From a virus: 64,000 nt of DNA. The stretch covers positions 66,359 to 130,358 of IMG/VR virus record IMGVR_UViG_3300031578_000004; one strand, given 5' to 3'. The position numbers and the translations under genes are program-made. Below the pieces are notes generated by a model that saw nothing but the letters and a program-made list of their open reading frames with translations, was not told where the DNA came from and did no database searches. The first letter of the stretch is position 1. Each line of letters begins with the position of its first letter. Positions 1 to 10,299 of the stretch are shown here, piece by piece.

Positions 1-60
1 ATATTTCAATAAAATACAGATTTTGAGATAAATTTTAGTAAATAAAAAAGGCTTTACGCC

Positions 61-438
61 TTAATTATTTATTTTTGCATATTCTTCAGATTCCCTTAAT
101 TTTTTAATTACAAATTGTTTAATGTCATGTTCATCATTTAAATCATTTGTAATATAGTCGTTAATCATATTATAAATTTCTGATTCTTCAAGTTCAATTT
201 CTTCTGCTAGTTTTATTATTTCTTCTGCATCATTTTCGTAGTTTGTAATATATTCTTTCCACCAGTCAAAATCTTCTTCTACCATTTCATAATTTTCGGT
301 TTCATCATTCCAAAAATCTGATGCTGTTATTAGGTCTGCTGTATATTCTATTCCATTTATACCTATAATAGTCAAATCTTTAATTTCAGAACAAACCGTA
401 TTACCCCTTTTACCAATTGTTTTTACTCTAATTTTCAT
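61..438 (-). CDS. Hypothetical acidic phage early protein
   Basis: ORF 61..456; ATG at 438 follows a purine-rich RBS; own sigma-A-like promoter upstream. Confidence 0.7.
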   Translation of the reverse strand: MKIRVKTIGKRGNTVCSEIKDLTIIGINGIEYTADLITASDFWNDETENYEMVEEDFDWWKEYITNYENDAEEIIKLAEEIELEESEIYNMINDYITNDLNDEHDIKQFVIKKLRESEEYAKINN

Positions 439-482
439 TTTTATTCCTTCTTTCATTTTTTATTTATTTGTTGATTTTACTA

Positions 483-512
483 ATTATAACATATCAATAA
501 TTTTATTGTCAA
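483..512 (-). promoter_or_regulatory. Sigma-A-like promoter
   Basis: Minus strand TTGACA-N18-TATAAT directly upstream of the 61..438 gene. Confidence 0.6.
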
Positions 513-891
513 TAGTATTTTATGTAGTTTTATATTATTTATGCATGTTTTTAAAATATATTTTTATATAGTTTTTTTGTGTAGATATTATAGATATTTT
601 ATATCAATATTAATAGATAAATTATAATTAATTTTATATAATGTATTATATGCCTTTGTAACGTCATAGGATTGATTTTAAGCGTGTTTGGTGATAGTAT
701 TTGTGTATAAGGTTTAAAATAAGCTGGTAGAATAAATTATGATGCTTTGTTTTTGTTGTTGTTATACTCTGTTATATGTATTTTTCGCTGATATAGAATA
801 ACGTGGCTGTTATAGCGTGGCTGTTATACTGATATTTTAGGAAATAAAAACAGACTCAACTATTTTGTCAAGTCTGTTATAGTGATTCTGT

Positions 892-1164
892 TTATATTTT
901 GCTTATTGTTTTATATATTGGTGTTATTGATATTATTAAATCCTCATAGCTGTTAATGGCTTTTGTTATATATTCTTTTGTTTGTTTCCACGTTTCCATT
1001 TTATCAATTTTAAAAGATTGTCTATAATCAGAGCCGTCAAAACTTATATGACTTTTTATAGTTGTATTAAAATTTTCTATAAACCAGTTTATTTTGTTTA
1101 TGTTTTTTGATGTGCATCTTATAATAAAATATTCTAGTTCATTTTTATATAGATATTTATTCAT
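892..1164 (-). CDS. Hypothetical protein
   Basis: ORF with AAGGAG RBS before ATG 1164; hairpin plus U-tract downstream at about 845-878. Confidence 0.6.
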   Translation of the reverse strand: MNKYLYKNELEYFIIRCTSKNINKINWFIENFNTTIKSHISFDGSDYRQSFKIDKMETWKQTKEYITKAINSYEDLIISITPIYKTISKI

Positions 1165-1266
1165 TTTATACACTCCTTTATATATTATAGTGATTCTGTT
1201 ATACTATTATTTCACGCTACAATCTTTTTTAAGCTTCTGTTATTGTTATAATACATTTTTTTTATA

Positions 1267-1644
1267 TTATTTTAGAATAATACTTTTATTTTCAAGTTTT
1301 GCTATAAATGTTTTGATTATTTCAATTCTAGCATTAATCATATTTTGACTTTCAGAGGTGAATTGTACTTCATCCCTTATATATTCTATCATATCATTGT
1401 TTAAAGGTAATATTTTATTGATACTAATATAATTGCATATATCCTTCCAAGTATTTATTAAATAGCTGTTATTATCCAGTATAACGTTATTTTCTGCATC
1501 TACTATTATGTCATTGCTTAATACTGATTTTAATATTGTTTTGATTCTGGTTATTGTATTTGAATCTATGAAGTTGTAATGATAGTAATTAGCGTACTCG
1601 ATTTTATAGGCATCTAAAATGTTTTTTATTTCTGTTTTTGTCAA
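1267..1644 (-). CDS. Hypothetical protein
   Basis: 125-aa ORF, AAGGAG RBS, TTGCAA-N17-TATAAT upstream (about 1681-1709). Confidence 0.65.
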   Translation of the reverse strand: MTKTEIKNILDAYKIEYANYYHYNFIDSNTITRIKTILKSVLSNDIIVDAENNVILDNNSYLINTWKDICNYISINKILPLNNDMIEYIRDEVQFTSESQNMINARIEIIKTFIAKLENKSIILK

Positions 1645-2074
1645 TGTGATTCACTCCTTTATATTTGATATCTAAATACTATTATACTCCTATTATATTC
1701 AATTGCAATAGTATTATTCAAATATTTTTATATTATTTGTGATTTATTTTTTTGTACTATATATAGGTAGAGATTTATTAATTAGCTCTTAACTACTGAT
1801 ATTAGATTGATATTAGATATATTTTATGCATTATATTAGCTAATTACTAATATTTGATTATATACGCTGTAAGTATTGCAATATAAGGATTCCTTTTATT
1901 TTTGTGAATTAGTGTTAGTATACTAGATAATAGGTTTAATCGGTTTAAAGGCATCCTGGAGCGTTATGGAGGTATGTTGGAGTTTGTAATTTTATAGTTA
2001 TTGTTGGTGATTGTTTATGCAGTGGATGTATAAAATTGTGAGATGCATTATAATTTTAGGCAAAGAAAAAAGCC

Positions 2075-2572
2075 CTAATTTAAAGGCTTTTCAAATTCTA
2101 AATAATAATCATTCATATCTTTTACTATCAATGGGTTTTTATATACTTCTGAAAATGTCTGATTTAAAAAATCATATGAATCAATTTCACCGATAAAATC
2201 ATTATAATAGTCTATGCATTCTTCTCCGCTGGAAAAGTGTATATTAACTATATTATTCAAATTTGGTTTTTTACCTTCATATTCATAATTAAATCTTATA
2301 ATTGTATTATCTGCATATTTGATTAAAAAAGTTTCATCTTCACTCATCTCATTTGTTAGCCAATTTTCAATGCTATATTTCAAACATTGTTTTAAATCAC
2401 TTTTATAAATTTGTGTTTTATCTTGCTTTGATTGTCTTATATATTGTTTACACCAGCTTTGCTTGTCTAGTTTACTATTCATGTATTTTGGTTCTATTTG
2501 GTTTGTGTAATCTTCATGGGTTGTTGTTAGGTTTGTAAGGTTTAAAAACTCTTGATATAACATTGTTAACAA
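2075..2572 (-). CDS. Hypothetical protein
   Basis: 165-aa ORF with AAGGAG RBS and TTGACT...TAGTAT promoter-like element upstream. Confidence 0.65.
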   Translation of the reverse strand: MLTMLYQEFLNLTNLTTTHEDYTNQIEPKYMNSKLDKQSWCKQYIRQSKQDKTQIYKSDLKQCLKYSIENWLTNEMSEDETFLIKYADNTIIRFNYEYEGKKPNLNNIVNIHFSSGEECIDYYNDFIGEIDSYDFLNQTFSEVYKNPLIVKDMNDYYLEFEKPLN

Positions 2573-3413
2573 CTCCTTATTAATTTTTATAGTTATTATC
2601 TAATATACTACTACTACTATATGTAAGAGTCAATAGCATTATACTATTTATTTTTATAGTCTTTATTCCTTATTATATGAAGTGTTTTATTAGTTGGTGT
2701 ATTAATTGTGTAGTTGATATATAAGATAGTTTATAATCAATTGTAGTAGCTTGCAGAGGTATTGTAAAAGGTGATTGTATTGGTATAGATTGTATTGTCA
2801 ACTGCTTTATATTATATAGTTAACAATAGTATTGAGTTTGATTAGTTTGATTGTCAACTTTGATATTGTAGTTAGTTAACAATATGTATAATTAATATAT
2901 GAACATTATATGCCTTTAATGGTTTAATGTTCGTGTTTATTATGTGATATGTTTGATTGATATTAATTGAGTATTGAATAATAAAACACGAACATTATTA
3001 TTATATTAGTGTTTAATGTTCGGATATTATAATATGAATTGTATCGCTACAATTATAGTATATATTGTTTAATAGTGTATTAGTACATTGGTTAATTAGT
3101 GTAGTAACTAACCTTAATACTTCAGTGAGTTGTTCGCTGTTATTACTGCCGAATTTTAGGCATATTTATGCATTATATTGTAAGTCTATACAATTACATT
3201 GGCATCCTGCAAAGCTCCAATAAACAACATCAATATACTCTTATTATTCCCTATTTTTATTAACATAATACATAACATATCTTATAATAATCATTATAGG
3301 ATATGTTTTTAATATATAATAAATGACTGTAAAGCCTTATATATCAACGTTTACAAGGCTTTTACTGATATACAATCAACAAATCAGCTTATGTAGTGGG
3401 GCATAGTTTACAT

Positions 3414-3428
3414 TGATAATCATTATCA
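3414..3428. promoter_or_regulatory. Perfect Fur-box palindrome TGATAATCATTATCA
   Basis: Exact match to the 7-1-7 Fur consensus TGATAATnATTATCA. Confidence 0.55.
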
Positions 3429-4154
3429 TTTAGCAGGATGGAGCATGAGTACATCAACAAACACACCCACTTTAAAATACGAAATCGACTCTCCAAAATT
3501 ACATAAAAATACAAAACAAAAAACCCAAAAACCCTTCCTCACACTCGACTAAATTATCGTACACCCTTTTCCACTCCTATTCCATAAGGGGGCGTACATT
3601 AACAACCAACACACTAAAAACACCCTATACACCACCATACCCTTACAAAACACTAACATATTACGACTGTAATCCATAAACTCAATATCCAATAATCCAC
3701 TAAACCTATAAATACCAATACTTCAACTATATTTCTAATACTATATCTAAACCATAACCGAACACCATTTCACATACCCTCTCTCCAAATACCACATTAA
3801 TCCTAAACAAAACTTCCCACCCTTCCCATATAAATCTACCACTAAAATATAAACTATCTTAAAACTCATTACAATACCCAACTCCAAACCACCTCACTCC
3901 CAAATTCAAACCCCACTTCACGACAATAAAAAAGTAGGGCATTAAACCTTACTAAAAATTACACTATAATCCTTATCTTTTCCTTCAAACCATTCATGTT
4001 GTCTAACAAATCTTCTGGAAATATATAAATAGCACGATGTTTAATTGTTTCACAAGTTTCTATCTTTGCAATCGCATAAAAGTAAGTTATAAATAGAGGA
4101 ATTTGTGAAAAAATATAGAAGTAATATAAGAAATTTGCAAAAGGGGGAAACAAA

Positions 4155-4610
4155 ATGAAAAAATCAATTTTTAAACGTTGGTGGTTTTGGGTAATTATTG
4201 TTGTAGTTTTAATAGGTGCGATTAGTTCGCAAGGGGGAAATGATGTAACTCCAACACAAAGCACAGCTGCACCAGCTCCGGTAAAAGAGGTAATGCCAGA
4301 AGTTGTTGTTACTGCAGCAGACCTTTCTGCAGCTTTTGAAGCTAATGAAGTAAAAGCAAATAAGGATTATAAAGATAAATTAGCTGAAATTACAGGAACA
4401 GTTGACAGTGTCGGTGAAATGCTAGGTCAGACATTTGTAGTGTTATCATCTGGTAAAGATTTTTCAATTGTGAATGTTCAATGTTTTTTTGATGATAAAG
4501 CAGAAATAGATAAAATTGCTGAACTTAATAAAGGAGATACAGTTACTATTATGGGAAATATTGATGGAATGTCGATGAACGTAGGAGTAAATGGTTGCAT
4601 TCTTAAATAA
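4155..4610 (+). CDS. Membrane-anchored OB-fold protein (tRNA_anti-like family)
   Basis: N-terminal TM (KRWWFWVIIVVVL), then AFEANEVKANKDYKDK...ITGTV...KGDTVTIMG pattern typical of this family. Confidence 0.75.
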   Translation: MKKSIFKRWWFWVIIVVVLIGAISSQGGNDVTPTQSTAAPAPVKEVMPEVVVTAADLSAAFEANEVKANKDYKDKLAEITGTVDSVGEMLGQTFVVLSSGKDFSIVNVQCFFDDKAEIDKIAELNKGDTVTIMGNIDGMSMNVGVNGCILK

Positions 4611-4713
4611 ATATTAAAATATAAAAACTGTCTACAACTTTAAGTAGTCAGTTTTTTCTTTGGAATATATTCAATTAAATCTGTAAGACAAGCTATTTAA
4701 CAATCATTATAGT

Positions 4714-4740
4714 AAAAAAGCCAGAGCTTTCGCCCTGACT
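4714..4740 (-). terminator. Intrinsic terminator of the flagellin gene
   Basis: Minus strand GTCAGGGC-GAAA-GCTCTGGC followed by TTTTTT. Confidence 0.8.
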
Positions 4741-4770
4741 CCTTAATATATCTATTGTAAGTTTTTTCAA

Positions 4771-5640
4771 TTACCTTAATAATTGAAGTACACCTTGTGG
4801 AGCTTGGTTTGCTTGAGCTAACATAGCTGTTGCTGCTTGATTAAGGATGTTATTCTTGCTGAACTCCATCATTTCCTTTGCCATGTCTACGTCACGGATT
4901 CTAGATTCAGAAGCCGATAAGTTTTCTGATGATGTATCTAGATTCTTAATAGTATGTTCAAGTCTATTTTGCAATGCACCTAATTGTGATCTTTGTGTAG
5001 AAACTTGACTGATAGCTTCGTCGATAGCACCCAATTGATTGTCAAAAGATGTAAGGGTGCCGGATGCTCCAAAAGTTTCAACATCTATAGTATCCATTGT
5101 TAAAGACGAAGCAGGGGTGGCACCAATTGTACCTAATGCATCAGAGCCCATATCTGCCACGTTTATTTTTAACGTTTGACCCGCGTTAGCGCCAATTTGT
5201 AAATCAATACTAACAGCTGAATAAGCTCCATTCAACAAAGTTTTTCCATTGAATTCTGTTCTGTCTGAAATTCCTGTAATTTCATCTGATAAAGCAGTTA
5301 TCTCAGTTTGAATTGCTGCTAAATCTTCATCTGCGTTTGTTCCGTTACCAGCTTGAACAACTAGCTCACGCATACGTTGCAAAATTGCATGTGATTCGTT
5401 TAATGCACCTTCTGCCGTTTGTATCAATGAAATACCATCTTGTGAGTTTCTTGAAGCTTGATTTAACCCTCTGATTTGACCTCTCATTTTTTCTGAGATA
5501 GAAAGACCAGCAGCGTCATCTCCTGCTCTATTGATTCTTGAACCTGATGATAACTTCTCCATTGACTTGGCATTGGCATTTGCATTGATACCTAATTGTC
5601 TGCTTGTGTTCATTGCCATTATGTTCGTGTTTATTCTCAT
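4771..5640 (-). CDS. fliC: Flagellin (short, Bacillota type)
   Basis: MRINTN...EKLSSGSRINRAGDDAAGLSISEKMRGQIRGL; C-terminal SRIRDVDMAKEMMEFSKNNILNQAATAMLAQANQAPQGVLQLLR. Confidence 0.98.
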   Translation of the reverse strand: MRINTNIMAMNTSRQLGINANANAKSMEKLSSGSRINRAGDDAAGLSISEKMRGQIRGLNQASRNSQDGISLIQTAEGALNESHAILQRMRELVVQAGNGTNADEDLAAIQTEITALSDEITGISDRTEFNGKTLLNGAYSAVSIDLQIGANAGQTLKINVADMGSDALGTIGATPASSLTMDTIDVETFGASGTLTSFDNQLGAIDEAISQVSTQRSQLGALQNRLEHTIKNLDTSSENLSASESRIRDVDMAKEMMEFSKNNILNQAATAMLAQANQAPQGVLQLLR

Positions 5641-5669
5641 AAAATTTCCTCCTTAGACGCGTTAATTTA

Positions 5670-5681
5670 CACATCCATGTG
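5670..5681 (-). promoter_or_regulatory. CsrA-binding hairpin in the flagellin leader
   Basis: Minus strand CAC-ATGGAT-GTG with ANGGA in the loop, plus AAGGAGG Shine-Dalgarno; same arrangement as the B. subtilis hag leader. Confidence 0.7.
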
Positions 5682-5708
5682 ATTTATTTACAAACTGATA
5701 TTATCAGT

Positions 5709-5927
5709 CTATATCGATATTAAAGGTTTGACTAATTCTGTTCTCAAAATTTGTATACTCTTTGGAGCATCTATTGCTACTCTAAACAAGTCACCACTTG
5801 TTTTTAGAAAGAATATAGAAATTACTCCATCTGAGGTTTGAAACTTGATTGACTCACCAACTTTTCTACCTAAAACCAACCCTCCTATGTTGTTTACTTT
5901 TGATGATTTCTTTATTATATTGCTCAT
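5709..5927 (-). CDS. csrA: Carbon storage regulator CsrA/RsmA
   Basis: LVLGRKVGESI...VAIDAPKSIQILRTEL matches the CsrA signature; N-terminal extension. Confidence 0.88.
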   Translation of the reverse strand: MSNIIKKSSKVNNIGGLVLGRKVGESIKFQTSDGVISIFFLKTSGDLFRVAIDAPKSIQILRTELVKPLISI

Positions 5928-6008
5928 TTGTTTTCCTCCTTGATTGATTCGGTAGTTTATTTAGTAGTTCCATCTACAAAATTTGTTGTTTTGTTGTCCT
6001 TAGTTATT

Positions 6009-6035
6009 ATATCGGAATATTTTAATAATACATTA
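6009..6035 (-). promoter_or_regulatory. Sigma-D (FliA)-like promoter for csrA-fliC
   Basis: Minus strand TAAT-N15-TCCGATAT versus consensus TAAA-N15-GCCGATAT. Confidence 0.6.
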
Positions 6036-6439
6036 GTGATTTTTTTAGATTTTTTTAATATAAGTGGAATGTTCGTTTTTACTTATTTATCTCAACCTCA
6101 ACCGTAACCTTCTTGCCCTTTTCCCCCGACCTTATAATCCCCACGATATAGCAGTGTTACTGTCTCCACGTTCCTCCGTTTTTAATACCATTTTATCACA
6201 TCTACAATTTAAAAACCGTTCTCTGTAGCAAAACTAATTTGTCAGCGTACAAACTGCGGGGAATTAAACCCGTCTTTGATTAAAGCAACCCCCATTATGT
6301 CAATTATATAGCATCAACTGTACAATGTAAGCATTGATAAAAACGACACAGAATTGATTGTAGATTAATTCAATTTTAAATTGTCACCTTTCAATATCAT
6401 TTAAACATGACCTATATTTTAATATTTTTTTACTCTGCA

Positions 6440-7042
6440 TTATTTGTTAAATTCCTGCCTGATTTCTTGTATAGTTGAAACTAATGCTAACATTTCCTCA
6501 TAGTTCTCATGTATATAATTAGATATCTCCCTATCTAACTCTGCAAAAAATTCATATAGCTTAGCATCATACTTGTATTTATCAAATAAAATTAGTGCGC
6601 CATCACTTCCCATTAAATACTTTTTAGTAATGAATCGTTTTGCATATCCTAATGCTAAAACTGCGTATCCATAAGTGATACTTCCTGTTCCTCTATACTT
6701 CAGCCTTGCTTTAGACCATTTCTCAAGTCTTGAAAATAAATACTTATATTGTCTTTTATCTAACATATATGTTGATAATCTGCAAATATATCCAAATGCT
6801 ATGGCTGAAAGCTCATAAGAATAATTTACTTTATCTTGGTGTTTTATATCTATTTGAAGAAGTCTTTTATCATCCATAAAATCATTCAGAATTTTGTCTA
6901 TAACATACAAAGACATATCAACAGCAATTGAATTAATTTTACTACTGTCTTTAACTGTAATCCTAATATATATTGTTTGTAATACCTTCCAAGTTATTAA
7001 TATTGTCAGTGCATATGTAACATATTTAATAAACATTTTCAT
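6440..7042 (-). CDS. Hypothetical membrane-anchored protein
   Basis: 200-aa ORF with N-terminal hydrophobic segment and AGGGAG RBS. Confidence 0.6.
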   Translation of the reverse strand: MKMFIKYVTYALTILITWKVLQTIYIRITVKDSSKINSIAVDMSLYVIDKILNDFMDDKRLLQIDIKHQDKVNYSYELSAIAFGYICRLSTYMLDKRQYKYLFSRLEKWSKARLKYRGTGSITYGYAVLALGYAKRFITKKYLMGSDGALILFDKYKYDAKLYEFFAELDREISNYIHENYEEMLALVSTIQEIRQEFNK

Positions 7043-7222
7043 TTCTCCCTTTACACATTTTTTGAGGCTTCTCTAATTTATGCCATCATCTCTTCTTACT
7101 ATAATTCGCAATTTTCAAGTTTCTCCTTTTAATTTTATTTATTAAAAGTTATATAATAAATGAGCCTCTACGGTCATTGTAGAAGCTCTAGAAAGTTATC
7201 CCGTTAAAGGTAGACAGAAATA

Positions 7223-7618
7223 TTAATACAGCCAATTTCCATTACTATCTACTCTACCTTTTAATTTTGGTAGTATACCTAGCTTTTCCAAAATAATTCC
7301 CGTTAGGCTTCTTCCATTTTGATAAAAATATCCGTTTTGTTTATCTCCTTCATCCATTATGTACCCAAGTGTTTTTGCATTTCTTAATGTGTTTTCTTTC
7401 AAATCTAATGCTGTTACTTTCTCTTGTGTTAAGCTTAATGGCGAATAAAAAACATTTGTATTAGTGTCGACATAAACAATGGCATTGTCTGGAATTGTTC
7501 CCATAGAACCAATTGTAAGTCCCAAACCCAACAAAGCCACGATTGCAATTATTAGATTTAGCGTATATTTTTTTATCTTTTCCAATAAAAACACCCTTTC
7601 ATATAATACAATGAACAT
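7223..7618 (-). CDS. Hypothetical membrane-anchored protein
   Basis: ORF with one N-terminal TM helix; true start probably about 10 codons inside. Confidence 0.6.
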   Translation of the reverse strand: MFIVLYERVFLLEKIKKYTLNLIIAIVALLGLGLTIGSMGTIPDNAIVYVDTNTNVFYSPLSLTQEKVTALDLKENTLRNAKTLGYIMDEGDKQNGYFYQNGRSLTGIILEKLGILPKLKGRVDSNGNWLY

Positions 7619-7663
7619 AAGTAATACAAATTCGAGAGTAATATACCAAATTTTCTTCTATGT

Positions 7664-7915
7664 TTATTTATTCAAATCATCTAAGCTCTTTTTAGTTGGT
7701 GGGCGACATACTTTACATGCTTCTAATCCATCATATAAAGCCCTAGAGAGATTTATATCTATCGCTTTACCTTTTACATATCTACAATTCATACGGTGAT
7801 ATTTTGCCCCTGCTGATGTTTTATAGACTGATATATCATTCTTTGGGGCTTGATAACATGATGTGAGTGATAAACACAATATAACTAATAATAACATTAG
7901 CAATTTTCTTTTCAT
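7664..7915 (-). CDS. Small lipoprotein with Ada-like metal-binding motif
   Basis: Lipobox LTSC; KYHRMNCRY...GLEACKVCRP. Confidence 0.7.
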   Translation of the reverse strand: MKRKLLMLLLVILCLSLTSCYQAPKNDISVYKTSAGAKYHRMNCRYVKGKAIDINLSRALYDGLEACKVCRPPTKKSLDDLNK

Positions 7916-8205
7916 ATAATTTCATCCTTTGGTATACATATAGCTATTAGAACTTTCAGAATAATTCCCCCTATTATATATGTAAATACAATAATAGAAT
8001 ATTTAGTTAAAAGTGTATGGCTAATTTCGTAGCCTAGTATGATTAAGTATATTTGTGATACAAACGGAAAACATAAACTTGCTAATCCCCATAAAACCCC
8101 GTTTATAGTATAAATAATATAAGCAGTCCACAAATGAATCCCTCCACCAACTAATCCTAATAAAATATTAACAATAAAACTTACATAGAATATGCTTTTT
8201 CTCAT
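7912..8205 (-). CDS. Hypothetical multi-TM membrane protein
   Basis: 97 aa, hydrophobic, GGAGG RBS. Confidence 0.65.
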   Translation of the reverse strand: MRKSIFYVSFIVNILLGLVGGGIHLWTAYIIYTINGVLWGLASLCFPFVSQIYLIILGYEISHTLLTKYSIIVFTYIIGGIILKVLIAICIPKDEII

Positions 8206-8597
8206 AATATTACCTCCCTTATTTTTACAACCACATTAATCCCTCTTTCAAATTAATAACATATATATCAACATTGAACACATACCTTTTTAATGAATAG
8301 AACCACAAATTGTTCGCTTGCACCCAATCCATCCTATAGATATCAAATGTTCCCCTTTAGTATAAAAATAAACAGCGTAACCTTCAGCATCATAACTTTT
8401 TTTATAATATTCCCACCCGCAAGAATTTAATAATATTATGCCTTTTCCCATTGAAGCAGTTTAAGCACGATTACACATAACCATCATAAATTAGTCCTCC
8501 TTCATTAATATTGTTATATATAGACTTTCTCGATGAGCATTTGTCGACTTTTAATAATAAAAATCTATCCTAATTTTAAGCTGTTTAGATCAACCTT

Positions 8598-9346
8598 TTA
8601 TTGAGATATATCTTTATTCTTTTGTTTCAGTAACATCTTTAGAGACTCTACAGTACTATATTCCCCTTGGCCAGCAGGTACTAATAATACATAATTTTCT
8701 ATGCAATTGAGATTTTCTATATCAGTTGTTTTCTGATCCTCATAATAATCTTCTACTATGGAATCTACACAGTCTTGCTTCTCTTCTCTGTATTGTATTT
8801 CATATGTTGCAACCTTAACTCCACACTTACTACAATATTTCTCGTTATCTATGATAACATTACCACATTGTGTGCAATACTTTGCTAATTTACTAACTTC
8901 TATTGAATCACTCTCATCATTATTTTGTATAACATCATAGTTATTTTGTCTTTGATCGATTCCATAATTATTTAATCCGCTGTAACTTCCCTTAACTAGT
9001 AAAAATATATAAAATACTAGGTTAACTATAGGAATATAGCCGATTATAAAATACCCCCTGGCAAATTTATATCATGTAATCTCCTTATAAAGTTAACAAT
9101 AGATATCCAGACTATTAATAATGTAGCTGGAAGAAAAATCTGACGGGCAAATTGATATGTATATTTAAATGTTTTAAAAGCCTCTCTATTATTTGTTCTG
9201 CCTATCTCTATCATTGTCTTATTTACATTACTAAGCCACACGCTTAATATAACAAAGGCAAAAATTGTGACAATGAAAGTAATAGCATATCTTATTCTTG
9301 TATTCCGCCCCTTATAAAAAAAAACTTTATTTAAGAACTTTTTCAT
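8598..9346 (-). pseudogene. DUF805-type membrane protein plus zinc ribbon, frameshifted at a G5 run (9054-9058)
   Basis: GRNTR...RRLHDINLPG ends in frame; the neighbouring frame continues YFIIGYIPIVNLV...NNYG...CTQCG...YCSKCG to a stop at 8598. Confidence 0.65.
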
Positions 9347-9735
9347 TAATATTACCTCCTTATATTTTCTTTTCAGAGTGTATCTTATCGATTTCTTAAT
9401 TATAAAACTTTACATTTGATTATACGTTTTAGTTATTATTATAGTCATCAATAAATCTTTCTCTTCTGCTATTAAATTCTCTCCCTTTTCTTTTGTATAT
9501 TGCTTCTTAAAATTCGCATTATCTCATAGAAGATAAAAATAAGTTCTCTTGCCTATAGTAGCTATGGGAAATATCCTCTTACGTATTAACTTATACATGA
9601 GTTTATTAAATTCTTAGCTCATTATTTAATTATGTACTAAACATTTGAATGTCATTTCTGGGATAAGAATCAATGAAGGTTCACCAATTACTGCTACTAT
9701 TGCATTTCCCTCCAATCACTTAACACCAATAATTA

Positions 9736-10299
9736 CTATTTAAAAGCTTTCCACATTTCAGCTTCAGCTTCAGTTACCGCATTATTAATTTTAACATAAT
9801 TAGAAAAGCTCCGAACCGCCTGAATACCTCCAAATAATATAGCACCCCAAGTAACGACGTATGTTCCGCCACCACTATTTACCGCAGCCATATAGCTTCC
9901 AAAAGTAACCACTAATCCACCGATCAACCACGCCATGCCAACCGCAACTGATCTTTTAGCCTCTTCTTTATATGGCTTGACCTCCTCATACAGTGCATGA
10001 ATATACCGTTCAATGTCTGCCGCAGTAGCACGAACACTACTATAATATGACGACGATCTTTTATCAGTAGTTTGTTGCTGAGACGCTCCCTCTTGATAAA
10101 ATGCATCCCAGTAATTCTTTTGTGCAGGATCTGCTAATATTGCGTACGCTTCCGCAACGTCCCTGAATTGAGCAGTCATTTGTTGGCTCCCGCCGTTTAA
10201 GTCAGGATGTGTCTCCTTTGCCAAGCGACGAAAAGCGGATTTAATCTCGTCAGTTGGCGCATTGGTTGGAACACCCAAAACTTCGTAAGGATTTTTCAT
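9736..10299 (-). CDS. J-domain (DnaJ-like) membrane protein
   Basis: NPYEVLGV...AFRRLAKETHPD...AEAYAILAD; C-terminal TM hairpin. Confidence 0.88.
   Translation of the reverse strand: MKNPYEVLGVPTNAPTDEIKSAFRRLAKETHPDLNGGSQQMTAQFRDVAEAYAILADPAQKNYWDAFYQEGASQQQTTDKRSSSYYSSVRATAADIERYIHALYEEVKPYKEEAKRSVAVGMAWLIGGLVVTFGSYMAAVNSGGGTYVVTWGAILFGGIQAVRSFSNYVKINNAVTEAEAEMWKAFK

Noticed and set aside
4771-5927. Host flagellar locus marking a prophage boundary
   Set aside because: No other flagellar or housekeeping genes; both flanks look like phage DNA; no integrase or att site visible. Chimeric assembly cannot be excluded without reads
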